The position numbers and the translations under genes were made by a program. A DNA stretch of 63,834 bases, filler included, from Lama guanicoe (Eukaryota), in NCBI GenBank assembly GCA_013239625.1. It is 175 parts of 175 records of this genome, joined end to end, with 100 filler letters (N's around TTAATTAATTAA, not from the genome) between each part and the next. Parts side by side here need not be neighbours in the genome. Positions count along the whole stretch, not along the records: positions 1 to 265 come from PNXV01050677.1; positions 366 to 630 come from PNXV01050678.1; positions 731 to 995 come from PNXV01050679.1; positions 1,096 to 1,360 come from PNXV01050680.1; positions 1,461 to 1,725 come from PNXV01050681.1; positions 1,826 to 2,090 come from PNXV01050682.1; positions 2,191 to 2,455 come from PNXV01050683.1; positions 2,556 to 2,820 come from PNXV01050684.1; 167 more parts are not named here. One strand, 5' to 3'. Positions within the stretch are counted from its first letter, which is position 1. Each line of letters starts with the position of its first letter. Below are positions 1 to 11,915 of the stretch, piece after piece. The notes below the pieces were generated by a model. The model saw only the letters and a list, made by a program, of their open reading frames with translations, was not told where the DNA came from and ran no database searches.

Positions 1-730
1 GCCTGACTGAATAGCTGCTGTATTTACTTATGCTTTTAATAATCATCCCTTTAATTTGCATGCATAAATTTGGGGGGATGTAATTATTGTCATTGTAAGA
101 AATGAATAGCAACTTAAAAGGGCTTATTTAACATTATTAAGCAAGTAGTTTTTATGAATAAAAAAATCAACCATGTTTCTGAATTGGTCATTTAAATTAT
201 TTAAAGCATTAACCAGCTTCATTACTTTACTCTGCATATCTAACAGACTTAAAAATAAATTTAAANNNNNNNNNNNNNNNNNNNNNNNNNNNNNNNNNNN
301 NNNNNNNNNTTAATTAATTAANNNNNNNNNNNNNNNNNNNNNNNNNNNNNNNNNNNNNNNNNNNNTCACACTCGCTCATCGGGAGGCAGACTCTGAAGGC
401 CCCCGTCAAGCTCTCCTGAAGGCCCGAGAAGCCCTCAGGTCTCCCCACTGGGACTGATCCAGCCCCCCCGGGAGGGTCCACCTGACGTCCAGGGCGAGGC
501 CTTTACCCCCTTTACCCCTTTACGCGCCAGCCGCAGCATCCTCTGAGCCACGAGGTGGAGCCAGGACTGCGCAGGGACAGTAGGTGCAGACCGCCTGTCC
601 TGCTGGCCCCTCCACCTGCACATGTCAGATNNNNNNNNNNNNNNNNNNNNNNNNNNNNNNNNNNNNNNNNNNNNTTAATTAATTAANNNNNNNNNNNNNN
701 NNNNNNNNNNNNNNNNNNNNNNNNNNNNNN

Positions 731-995
731 TACAATAAAGATAGTAAATATATAGTAAAGATAATTGATCAGCAACTTAGAATGCTAGTAGGAAGGTTAC
801 AAGACAAAAGCGGTAAAATTATCTACACCCACAATAAGTAGTTAAGGGATATATAAAACAAAAAGACGTAAAATGTGATGTCAAAAACATTAAACTTCAT
901 GAGAGGAGTAGAAATGCAGGCTGCTTAAAAAGCATTCAAACTTAAGAGATAATCAACTTAAAATAATCCTGTATACATTAAGTGTTATAAAAAAA
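731..995 (+). mobile_element. LINE-1 fragment, ORF1-ORF2 intergenic region
   Basis: gctagtaggaaggttacaagacaaaagcggtaaaatt...aataagtagttaagggatatataaaacaaaaagacgtaaaatgtgatgtcaaaaac resembles the eutherian L1M inter-ORF consensus. Confidence 0.7.
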
Positions 996-1096
996 NNNNN
1001 NNNNNNNNNNNNNNNNNNNNNNNNNNNNNNNNNNNNNNNTTAATTAATTAANNNNNNNNNNNNNNNNNNNNNNNNNNNNNNNNNNNNNNNNNNNNG

Positions 1097-1252
1097 GACA
1101 CAGACAAGATGGCCTCTGTCTTCTACACAGTGATCATTCCCATGTTGAACCCTTTAATCTACAGCCTCAGGAACAAGGAGGTGAAGGATGCCTTGAAAAA
1201 AGCGATCATTAATAGAAACCAGGTTTTTATGTTCATGAAGTTAAGAAAGTGA
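1097..1252 (+). CDS. Olfactory receptor C-terminal fragment (TM7 + tail), OR8U subfamily, OR8U8-like; 5'-truncated by contig edge
   Basis: Translates [51 protein letters not shown], with the OR signature [12 protein letters not shown] and TGA at 1250-1252. AATAAA follows at 1257-1266. The tail resembles human OR8U8 as I recall it. Missed by the ORF track. Confidence 0.93.
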   Translation, partial: DTDKMASVFYTVIIPMLNPLIYSLRNKEVKDALKKAIINRNQVFMFMKLRK

Positions 1253-1460
1253 CTTGAATAAATAAAAATGAAATTTTCTTCACTTTTTTCTCTTAAAAAT
1301 ATTAGAATGCCTGTTCCTCATATGTGATTTCTACATATCTGTTCAATGTACAATAAAATTNNNNNNNNNNNNNNNNNNNNNNNNNNNNNNNNNNNNNNNN
1401 NNNNTTAATTAATTAANNNNNNNNNNNNNNNNNNNNNNNNNNNNNNNNNNNNNNNNNNNN

Positions 1461-1725
1461 TCTCACTGATTTTCTGTCTGGGTGATCTGTCCATTGATGG
1501 AAGTGGGGTGTTAAGGTCCCCCAATATTACTGTGTTACGATTTCCCCTTTTATGTCTGTTAACAGTTGCCTTATATACTGAGGGGCCCCTCTGTTGGGGG
1601 CGTGTATATTTACAATTGTTATAGCCTCTTCTTGGATTATTCCCTTGAGTATTATGTAGTGTCCTTTTGTCTCTTACAACAGTCTTTATTTTAAAGCCGA
1701 TTTTGTCTGACATGAGTATTTTGTC
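1461..1725 (-). mobile_element. LINE-1 ORF2 endonuclease fragment (frameshifted)
   Basis: Minus-strand translation has SDKIGFKIKTVVRDK and NTVILGDLNTPLPSMDRSPRQKISE (APE GDFNTPL motif). Confidence 0.92.
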
Positions 1726-3500
1726 NNNNNNNNNNNNNNNNNNNNNNNNNNNNNNNNNNNNNNNNNNNNTTAATTAATTAANNNNNNNNNNNNNNNNNNN
1801 NNNNNNNNNNNNNNNNNNNNNNNNNCTAAAGTGAAATTTTGAAAATGTCACTTTAGCATTGATGATATTGGAAACTAAAAAATGTCACATGAAATAGTCC
1901 ATCACTTTACATGTAATGATGCCTCTGTCTTGACTCCCTCATGTGTTTCTTACACGGTGTAGTGAGAACAATTCTTTCCCCTTTGGAGACTCTCCCTCAG
2001 GAAATGCCAAGCAATTTGTTGATTATCCCTAAAGTATTGAAAGCACAACAGAATGTCTGGAGATTGTCCTTTAATTGTCATGGGCAATTTNNNNNNNNNN
2101 NNNNNNNNNNNNNNNNNNNNNNNNNNNNNNNNNNTTAATTAATTAANNNNNNNNNNNNNNNNNNNNNNNNNNNNNNNNNNNNNNNNNNNNTTAAATACCT
2201 TTAATACAAAGCCGATTAAAGCAGTTCCCTAAATAAAATGCAAACCCCCATGGAAGTGTGGTGCAGGGAGGCAAGCGCCCCGACCGACTGTAAGAGGAAG
2301 CCTTAGAGAGCGTGTCCAGAAAGCTGAGCAACAGGTGAGGGGCAGTGAGAGGAAGGCCTTTCCAACCCGAATATGGAAGAACTTTTACACCCGTGTTCAT
2401 TCATTCATTCAGTTTCCTCACCTGACACTTAGGAATATAAGTCAAACTGGTTGAANNNNNNNNNNNNNNNNNNNNNNNNNNNNNNNNNNNNNNNNNNNNT
2501 TAATTAATTAANNNNNNNNNNNNNNNNNNNNNNNNNNNNNNNNNNNNNNNNNNNNTGGCCTCAGTGGTGGAGGAGGTGGTGTGAGCACCACCAGGAGGCT
2601 CCCCGTCCTGGTCGGTGATGGTGCAGGAAGGAGCTTGTCCTCCAAATGGGCCAGTGAAGTGGAAGGGAAGGTCTGGCTGCAGGGGAGCGGGGACAAGTCT
2701 GCTCTCCACTTCCTACCAGCTGAGAGTGAAGCCAGGTCACAAGGGAGGCAGAGCAAGAGGATTGCGGGGATGCCAGTCCAGAGCCACCGGGCACCTTCAC
2801 CCCCAAAGCCTGCACTCTCCNNNNNNNNNNNNNNNNNNNNNNNNNNNNNNNNNNNNNNNNNNNNTTAATTAATTAANNNNNNNNNNNNNNNNNNNNNNNN
2901 NNNNNNNNNNNNNNNNNNNNGACACGGTGGCACGGGAGGCGTGCTCGCCCGCGGTGTGGCAGCCTGTGAGGGCCCGGGTGGAGGCTCCTGGACCTAAGGG
3001 AGGACTTCAGTTACCGGCGCCAAACCAGGCCTTGGCTCTGCCTTGACTCGATGGGGCTGTCAACATCAGTAAATGAATGAAGAGGCTTTGGTACGGATTT
3101 TTTGCCTGTAAATCTTTTTTTGAGTCTTTCCATGAATATAAGACCAAACCTACTGCTGATCCTGGTTATAGCCGTTCTTTGTGACNNNNNNNNNNNNNNN
3201 NNNNNNNNNNNNNNNNNNNNNNNNNNNNNTTAATTAATTAANNNNNNNNNNNNNNNNNNNNNNNNNNNNNNNNNNNNNNNNNNNNATTACATATAATATA
3301 TGTATTATATATATAAAATACAAAAATTTCCAATTTTGATGTTCAAGTTAATCATCTTAGACTTCAGGGTACATCCTTTGTCTGTGTTGTCATTTTTTAA
3401 TTTTTGAAATTATCCAGTCCTGTATGGTCTAATAGTTCTCTTCTTCCATTGTTTAATACTACTTTTTTTCTCCATTTTCTGTAATGAATACTTTTTTGTA

Positions 3501-3548
3501 TTTTTTAACATTGTTTATTGATTTATAATCATTTTACAATGTTGTGTC
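3501..3548 (-). mobile_element. Young lineage-type (camelid) L1 3' terminus
   Basis: tattgatttataatcattttacaatgttgt at 3516-3545 is identical to 36133-36162 in an unrelated contig; preceded by a T-rich tail. Confidence 0.7.
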
Positions 3549-3648
3549 NNNNNNNNNNNNNNNNNNNNNNNNNNNNNNNNNNNNNNNNNNNNTTAATTAA
3601 TTAANNNNNNNNNNNNNNNNNNNNNNNNNNNNNNNNNNNNNNNNNNNN

Positions 3649-3711
3649 GATTGAACCCAGGACCTCAGGGCATGCTAAGCACACACTCTACCACTGAACT
3701 ATACCCACCCC
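3649..3711 (-). mobile_element. tRNA-derived SINE (Vic-1-like, camelid)
   Basis: Reverse complement ggggtgggtatagttcagtggtagagtgtgtgcttagcatgccctgaggtcctgggttcaatc has Pol III A and B boxes; homologous to 37781-37857. Confidence 0.85.
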
Positions 3712-4186
3712 TCTGTTATTTGCTTCTAAATTGAACTTTTATGACTTCTGGAAAACTCCATCTATTTTCAGCCTCAAGGTTGGGCAGTAAGATAAGTCTG
3801 ATGGATCCTCAGGGTGAGGTTTAGAAACTCTCCAGTCTAACACTTTGAAGAAAAATTTAAAAGGCATTTTCCCCTGTGTGAGGAAAGCTAAGGTGCAATA
3901 TAATTTCATAATANNNNNNNNNNNNNNNNNNNNNNNNNNNNNNNNNNNNNNNNNNNNTTAATTAATTAANNNNNNNNNNNNNNNNNNNNNNNNNNNNNNN
4001 NNNNNNNNNNNNNCCAGGCAGGACCCCAGATGGCTCTGGCTGAGCACTGCTGGAGGATGGAGGTAGCATTTTTGTAGAAAGAAGTCAATGCTTTCCTTCT
4101 CCATTTTGGCCTCAATAAATTAATGTGGTTCTTTGTCTTCAGAAAACAATCTTTCAACATCTTCTTTTTTCCCCCAGCACCTAGAG

Positions 4187-4278
4187 CAGTGGTTCTTTCT
4201 CTTCAGCATCCATCATTATCACCTGAAGTTCTTCTGAAAACACAGATTCCCGGGTCCTAACCCCTGAGTTCCTGATTC
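4187..4278. mobile_element. MER5-like hAT-Charlie DNA transposon fragment
   Basis: cagtggttct...atcacctg...aaaacacagattcccgggtcctaacccctgagttcctgattc resembles the MER5A/B end. Confidence 0.65.
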
Positions 4279-4378
4279 NNNNNNNNNNNNNNNNNNNNNN
4301 NNNNNNNNNNNNNNNNNNNNNNTTAATTAATTAANNNNNNNNNNNNNNNNNNNNNNNNNNNNNNNNNNNNNNNNNNNN

Positions 4379-4643
4379 CCACGTGGTGTTGACCAGGGCT
4401 GCAGTTATCCGGGGCGTGCACAGGAGTAGAGCACCCAAGCTGCCCCTCTCTGATGGCAGGCAGCTGATGCTGACTGTGGAAAGGGTGATCAGCTAGGATG
4501 CTGACGGAGCCACCACAGCGCTCTTCCACATAGCCCCTGTCCTTGTGGCTTGGGGTTCTCGTGACGTGGTGGCTGGGTTCCAACACGGAGCACGCCAGAC
4601 GTGAGAAAACAGAAGTTGCCGGAGTCCTGAAGGCCAGGACTCA
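4379..4643. mobile_element. MLT1-type (ERVL-MaLR) LTR fragment
   Basis: Motifs gatggcaggcagctgatgctgactgt...cttccacatagcccct...tggcttgggg...gtggtggctgggttcc. Confidence 0.65.
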
Positions 4644-5473
4644 NNNNNNNNNNNNNNNNNNNNNNNNNNNNNNNNNNNNNNNNNNNNTTAATTAATTAAN
4701 NNNNNNNNNNNNNNNNNNNNNNNNNNNNNNNNNNNNNNNNNNNTAAGAAGGATTTTTGTTTTAACTTGAAATGCAATATTAGAGACTTTTAAAGGCAATG
4801 CTAATCTAGTTGCATGTTTTATAATTACTGATACATTGACTTGCTTAGTGTTTCCTATTTATGATTTCCTATTTTCTTTGTTTCTCTCTTAAAACATTTC
4901 TGTCTTTAACAATTCTTTGTTCCGTTTTTATCCCTCTTATTGCTCAGAAGTTAAAGTTTAGATTTCTATTATTTTACTCTCTGTTTTTCCACATATTCAT
5001 CTTTTTTTNNNNNNNNNNNNNNNNNNNNNNNNNNNNNNNNNNNNNNNNNNNNTTAATTAATTAANNNNNNNNNNNNNNNNNNNNNNNNNNNNNNNNNNNN
5101 NNNNNNNNAAAAAAATTTACATCTGTGTATAATTTTTCTACTGTAGAAAAAGTATCCTTCAAACAGGATGTTCTTTATTCTCTCCTTCATCTCCAATTGG
5201 CCTATTAATTAGAACAGTCCACACTTTTGTATTTGGTTTCCCTAGAATTCCACATATGAAGTCAATAGTTTCTAAGTCTGTCTGCCCATCAGTGTTCCAA
5301 ACACCCAACTGTAATTTCTGAGTCAAAATCATAGAAATGGAACGTGGAAATCTGAATTCAAAAAAAGAATATANNNNNNNNNNNNNNNNNNNNNNNNNNN
5401 NNNNNNNNNNNNNNNNNTTAATTAATTAANNNNNNNNNNNNNNNNNNNNNNNNNNNNNNNNNNNNNNNNNNNN

Positions 5474-5594
5474 TGCGAGTCTGTTTCTGTTTTGTGGATG
5501 AGTTCATAGTGTCCTCTTTTTTCTTTTTCTTTTTTTTTTTAGGTTCCGCATATGAGTGATATCGTAATGGTATTTTTCTTTCTCTTTCTGGCTT
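5474..5594 (-). mobile_element. LINE-1 3' UTR fragment
   Basis: gagtctgtttctgttttgt...gttccgcatatgagtgatatc...gtatttttctttctctttctggctt is typical cetartiodactyl L1 3' UTR antisense. Confidence 0.8.
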
Positions 5595-6259
5595 AATGAA
5601 TGTGAAATATTTTTTAACGACCATGAAAGATTTGTCTATTAGCTGTCTTAAGTTTTATTTTTAAAATACAGATATTGTGAATTTTGCTTTCTATCCTGTT
5701 TGCATTTATCTAATGTCACTTGCCCATTTTTTTTACTNNNNNNNNNNNNNNNNNNNNNNNNNNNNNNNNNNNNNNNNNNNNTTAATTAATTAANNNNNNN
5801 NNNNNNNNNNNNNNNNNNNNNNNNNNNNNNNNNNNNNGGGCCAGATACTGCCAGCTGGTCAGAAACCACCAAAAGAAAAGTACCTCCTTCCGTACACAAG
5901 GGCCAATTCCTTACCATGGTATTAGCAAAATACTAAGAGCAAATCATAAATAAGAGCCAGCTCCACAAATGTCTCAATAACAAAGTTTAAACAGATGTGG
6001 GGATGTTGTTAGGTTAGAGAATTCTTTTCAAACATATTATTAGCTAACAACATCCTGTAGGGAGAGGATGAGACTGTTAAATTAACCTCCATTGAGTCTG
6101 AGNNNNNNNNNNNNNNNNNNNNNNNNNNNNNNNNNNNNNNNNNNNNTTAATTAATTAANNNNNNNNNNNNNNNNNNNNNNNNNNNNNNNNNNNNNNNNNN
6201 NNAGCGTGGTAACAGAATCACCTAAAAGCGACCCCCCAGCTCTAATGAACCTTTCAGGT

Positions 6260-6420
6260 GGTTGCAGCAACCTCAGGAGGGGCCCCGAGCTACAAGTTCC
6301 CAGCCGAGTCACTGTCAAATTCCTGACCCAGAGAAACTGTGACAAATACCAAATTATTATAGTTGGAGTAAGACTTTCATAATTGGAAGATTTATAACTA
6401 AGCACTAGGCGACTAATAAA
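6260..6420. mobile_element. MLT1-type LTR 3' part
   Basis: cccagccgagtcactgtcaaattcctgacccagagaaactgtga motif. Confidence 0.6.
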
Positions 6421-7297
6421 GAAGAATTTATCCCACTGGAGAGACATGTAATCTGGTGAGATTTCACNNNNNNNNNNNNNNNNNNNNNNNNNNNNNNNNN
6501 NNNNNNNNNNNTTAATTAATTAANNNNNNNNNNNNNNNNNNNNNNNNNNNNNNNNNNNNNNNNNNNNAAAAAAAAAATCAGTTTTGAATCTTTAAGGTCT
6601 ATTAGATCTCTGACAAAGCATTGGGAAGTGAAGATGCTTGTCTTAGAGAAGGACGGGTTTTATACATTTTTATATGAAGCAAGATTTCAGCTGGGGATTA
6701 AAACAACAACAGGTACAACTCTGAAATCTAGACTTTGAAATTCAGAAAACTGAAGCAATTCTATTTAAAAAGTAGGAAAGTGTCTAAAACTTGTTGGGAG
6801 CAAAAGCAAGTGGTTGGCAAATGGAATGGCAANNNNNNNNNNNNNNNNNNNNNNNNNNNNNNNNNNNNNNNNNNNNTTAATTAATTAANNNNNNNNNNNN
6901 NNNNNNNNNNNNNNNNNNNNNNNNNNNNNNNNTGGCTCAGCTGTATGTCGTGAAAATAATCACATTTAACTCAACGGATTCAGAATTAAATTTGCATATA
7001 TATCAAATAAAACAGTACCTGCCGAAACTTAAATGTTCGATAAATGTAAGCTGATATCATAAATATAACAAACTTGGTACATTGTGATGTTTAGGTGTCC
7101 AGATTTCTGAAATCATTTCATATCACACAATTTGTGCTCACGGATTATAAAATCATCACTCTACGTGCCTGTATTCTATGCAACTACTTTTTTTTTTNNN
7201 NNNNNNNNNNNNNNNNNNNNNNNNNNNNNNNNNNNNNNNNNTTAATTAATTAANNNNNNNNNNNNNNNNNNNNNNNNNNNNNNNNNNNNNNNNNNNN

Positions 7298-7562
7298 TTG
7301 CAGGGTTTCCACCCCAGAAGTGGCTCCCAGTGGCTCCTTAACCAGCGCCACCATCACCCTAGTGGAGTTCCTTGTAATTTCTTACCTGGACCATTGCCAC
7401 AGTCTCAACGTTGTCCCCCACCTCCCACCTCCAGTTTCTGTGTCTCTTCTCTCCAAACAGTTCTACTTCCGATGCCAAATGGATTTTGCCAAGGGCAGCT
7501 CTGCTGTCACCCCTGCATTCAAAAACCTTCAATGGCTCCCCACTGCCTGCTGCGTTAGGTAC
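7298..7562. mobile_element. LINE-2 fragment
   Basis: tcttacctggaccattgccacagtctc...aaaaccttcaatggctccccactgcc, typical of the L2 3' region. Confidence 0.7.
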
Positions 7563-7662
7563 NNNNNNNNNNNNNNNNNNNNNNNNNNNNNNNNNNNNNN
7601 NNNNNNTTAATTAATTAANNNNNNNNNNNNNNNNNNNNNNNNNNNNNNNNNNNNNNNNNNNN

Positions 7663-7910
7663 TTCATTCCTGGAGGATAGTTTTACTGGCTAAAGCATTT
7701 TGAATGGACAGCTCTTTTCTTGCAGCATTGGAAAAACATTATATACCTTCCTTCTGCCTGCATGGTTTCTGATGAAATATCCACTGTCCTTTGAATTATT
7801 TTTCTTACGTAAATAAGGTTTCCTGTCTCTCTTGCTGCTGTCAGGGTTTTTCCTTTGTCTAATGTATCTTTATGTTAATTTCTTTGGTTTTATCCTGTGT
7901 GGGTCTATTC
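7663..7910 (-). mobile_element. Old LINE-1 (L1M) ORF1-end fragment
   Basis: ttcattcctggaggatagttttactggc...ccttctgcctgcatggtttctgatgaaatatccactgtc. Confidence 0.65.
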
Positions 7911-9122
7911 TTTTTTTTTTTTTTTTANNNNNNNNNNNNNNNNNNNNNNNNNNNNNNNNNNNNNNNNNNNNTTAATTAATTAANNNNNNNNNNNNNNNNN
8001 NNNNNNNNNNNNNNNNNNNNNNNNNNNACTAGTTTCTAATGAAGAAATAGATAATGTAGCTAGGTTTGAAGTCACACTGTACAAGTCGCTTCTCCAAGAC
8101 TGCAGCAGTAAAGGCACTTAAGTATGTTGCTGAAACATAAGACAAGACTGCTCCTCGAAATCTGCCTTTGTCCTACAAGAGAACAGCTTTGTTAATGGAA
8201 TTTAGTTCTTTAAGATCAGGGTGAATACATAAATGTTAGAAGCCCTGGTCAGCACAGTGTGATGCCTAAGACATGGTTGATGACTCAAGTTCNNNNNNNN
8301 NNNNNNNNNNNNNNNNNNNNNNNNNNNNNNNNNNNNTTAATTAATTAANNNNNNNNNNNNNNNNNNNNNNNNNNNNNNNNNNNNNNNNNNNNTATCTAGA
8401 ATTCATGGGAAATATACAGGGAAAGAATCAATGTACAATAAGTGTTTAAAGATAAATGCTATATGATATTTTAAAACCACAAAACATCAACAAATATTTA
8501 CCTGTTTCATAAATTATTTAGTCCATTTTGGCATAGATGTAAGATAGAATATATGTATATTATGTGGGATCAGTTATAATTCTTGGGATATTTCTAGCCT
8601 TTAGATCCAGGTAACTCATATTTTACTACAATGAATTAATATTTATTTTCAGTTTTTNNNNNNNNNNNNNNNNNNNNNNNNNNNNNNNNNNNNNNNNNNN
8701 NTTAATTAATTAANNNNNNNNNNNNNNNNNNNNNNNNNNNNNNNNNNNNNNNNNNNNCTTTCAGGACCATTTAGTTCATAAAAAACTTGACCTTATACAG
8801 TTCCCTGGTACAGAACCCTTAAATATATCTGTTTATATATTTTTCCATGATTGATATTGGGATTTATAAACAGGCTTCTCATATGACTTTATGGAATTTA
8901 TTTTGCAATTGTCCTAAAAAATATAGAAAACATGCCCATAATATTAAACTAACCATAGGTGCAGAAGAAAAATCCTGAAATTAATGTTCACAGAAAGCAA
9001 AAGGAGCTTATTTTGTGGTCAANNNNNNNNNNNNNNNNNNNNNNNNNNNNNNNNNNNNNNNNNNNNTTAATTAATTAANNNNNNNNNNNNNNNNNNNNNN
9101 NNNNNNNNNNNNNNNNNNNNNN

Positions 9123-9387
9123 TGAAAAATTCAATCAAACCAAGAGCTGTTTTTTGAAACAGTAAACAAAACTGACAAACCTCTGTCCAGGCTCACCAAG
9201 AAGAAAAGAGAGAGTGCACAAATAAACAAAATAAGAAGTAAGAATGGAGAGATTACAACCAACACCATAAAGTTACAAAAAATCATAAGAGAATACCATG
9301 AACTTACATATGGCAATAAATGGGACAATTTAGAAGACGTGGACAAGTTTCTAAAAACATGAAGTCAACCAAAACTGAATCAAGAAG
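9123..9387 (+). mobile_element. LINE-1 ORF2 fragment (post-endonuclease linker)
   Basis: Encodes ...NKTDKPLSRLTKKKRESAQINKIRSKNGEITTNTIKLQKIIREYHELTYGNKWDNLEDVDKFLKT, an L1 ORF2 signature. Confidence 0.92.
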
Positions 9388-10751
9388 NNNNNNNNNNNNN
9401 NNNNNNNNNNNNNNNNNNNNNNNNNNNNNNNTTAATTAATTAANNNNNNNNNNNNNNNNNNNNNNNNNNNNNNNNNNNNNNNNNNNNATTTCAGCTTCTG
9501 TCTTTCGGCTCTTCTCTGAGACAAGGTGCTGTAACACAACAACCATTTGCATGGTTCCAGACCCAGATCCATGTCATCATTCTGCTTCCCCTTCTCTGGG
9601 CCTCGGTTTCCTTCTTTGTAAAACAAAGGCGTTCAGGTTCACCTCAGGTTCAAAACTGGGGAGGAAGAGAAAGACAAGGGACTCCCCAAAACTCTAAGGC
9701 AATCCAGCTTTAGAGGGCGATCTGCCTCTTGCCTGCTTTCTCAGTATTTTCTNNNNNNNNNNNNNNNNNNNNNNNNNNNNNNNNNNNNNNNNNNNNTTAA
9801 TTAATTAANNNNNNNNNNNNNNNNNNNNNNNNNNNNNNNNNNNNNNNNNNNNCTGCTCTGCTCCAGTTATAATTCATGGTTATTTAGTATCATGGGGAAG
9901 AGAAGGCAGACAGTTGATCATTAAAACAACACTACCATGAAATAAAGTTAATATGTTCCTTCAGAATTAAGCTACCCTAATACCTCGAGCCATCACTTTC
10001 ATCCTATTCTGACTGACTACAGGACCACAGCCTCAGCCAGTGAGGCCACCACACTGCAGTAACCTCGTGCAAACACAAGAATGCCTCCATTTCTGAGACC
10101 TCTCCTCTGGTCACACTNNNNNNNNNNNNNNNNNNNNNNNNNNNNNNNNNNNNNNNNNNNNTTAATTAATTAANNNNNNNNNNNNNNNNNNNNNNNNNNN
10201 NNNNNNNNNNNNNNNNNGTCGTGCCAGAAACCTCTTCCTTGTCCGCAATACTGAAGGAACTTAGAAAAGTTAGAAGGAAACCCTCACCTTCCACTGACGT
10301 GACTGCCGCCAAGAACCCAGAGCACGAGACAGACCGAAACTTAACTCAGCAAATCCTTAATGAGGCTTTGAACTGCTCAGGTCAGTGACCAAAGAGCCGC
10401 CTCATTATTTGCCAATGAACTGCAGAAATATGCCACTAACAGTGGCTCAGGTGCAGTACATATTTTAAGAAATAATTTTTTTNNNNNNNNNNNNNNNNNN
10501 NNNNNNNNNNNNNNNNNNNNNNNNNNTTAATTAATTAANNNNNNNNNNNNNNNNNNNNNNNNNNNNNNNNNNNNNNNNNNNNACAAGACAGGGGGAGAGG
10601 CTTTTTCCTCATTGTTGTGAGCTGAGGGCGGGGGCAGGAGGAGGACATGAAATCCGACTGGCTCGTCCCTAAGTGGGTTTGTGCGTCTCTCACCTGAGAT
10701 GGTGACCATCAGTTCTGGAGGCTGAGGCTCCCTATTTATGGGGTCCCTAGA

Positions 10752-10847
10752 CAGAGTTGCCAGGAAAATACTGGATGTTCAGTTAAATTTGAATTTCCGA
10801 TAAACTACAAGTAATTATTTGGCATAAGTGTGTCCCATGAAATATTT
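10752..10847. mobile_element. MER53-like hAT DNA transposon fragment
   Basis: cagagttgccaggaaaatactggatgttcagttaaatttgaatttccgataaac...taagtgtgtccca. Confidence 0.7.
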
Positions 10848-11399
10848 NNNNNNNNNNNNNNNNNNNNNNNNNNNNNNNNNNNNNNNNNNNNTTAATTAAT
10901 TAANNNNNNNNNNNNNNNNNNNNNNNNNNNNNNNNNNNNNNNNNNNNGAGCTGCATCTGTCCCTACTTTTTGAGCTTTTGACTGGTTGCTAAGGTACAGG
11001 AACAAATCTCAGTTAAGTAGGTGCAGGCTCCGCATGTGGAAGCAGGCAATTCTGTGGCATCTGACGGAGCCAAGTAGCGCAGGAGCTGGAGACTGGCGTG
11101 GGCTCCTGTAGGGGAAGCTGTGCCAATTTCAGTCACCAGCTGTGGAAATCAAATATATATATCTGGTGTATAAGAAGTACATTCTTCTGTATTATTTCAT
11201 TACATGTTTTTCNNNNNNNNNNNNNNNNNNNNNNNNNNNNNNNNNNNNNNNNNNNNTTAATTAATTAANNNNNNNNNNNNNNNNNNNNNNNNNNNNNNNN
11301 NNNNNNNNNNNNAGACCTCCTAATTTAAGGTCACTTGAAGAAGGTGCTCTCTGACCTTTTCCAGACAAATTATTATTATTTTTGTTTTGTTGGGTTTTT

Positions 11400-11577
11400 T
11401 GGTTTGTTTTTATTGAGGTGTGATTGACATATAACATTATAGTAGCGTCAGGAGTACAATATAATGATTCAGTATTTGTATATATTGTGAAATGGTCACC
11501 CAGATTATTAATTGCCATTGTTCTATTTATTTTTATTTTTTATTGAAATATAGTTGATTTACAATGTTGTGTTAGTT
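11400..11577 (-). mobile_element. Two adjacent L1 3' ends
   Basis: ttattgaggtgtgattgacatataacattatagtagcgtcaggagtacaatataatgattcag and ttattgaaatatagttgatttacaatgttgtgttagtt. Confidence 0.75.
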
Positions 11578-11739
11578 NNNNNNNNNNNNNNNNNNNNNNN
11601 NNNNNNNNNNNNNNNNNNNNNTTAATTAATTAANNNNNNNNNNNNNNNNNNNNNNNNNNNNNNNNNNNNNNNNNNNNTAGAGTCCGTTTTGATCTCAAGT
11701 CCAAAAAATCCTCTCCAAACTCACTTTCATGGTCTACAC

Positions 11740-11915
11740 TACAATTTATTGTTAAGTCCTTGGGTAAACTACTAAACTTGTTATTTCTTCTACAAAATAA
11801 AAAGATATTTTTAAGCTATGAAAGATTGTTGTGAAGATAAAAAAAAATATAGCAATGGTTATAAAATGCCTAATTCAGTGCCTGACACATTATATGTCCT
11901 TTATAAGTGGCAGCT
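11740..11915. mobile_element. MIR SINE remnant
   Basis: gtccttgggtaaactactaaac...gattgttgtgaagataaa...cagtgcctgacacat. Confidence 0.6.

Noticed and set aside
54..69. Octamer ATTTGCAT in a quasi-palindrome (other octamer matches near 6990 and 54200)
   Set aside because: Isolated 8-mers in AT-rich DNA with no snRNA PSE or immunoglobulin promoter context.
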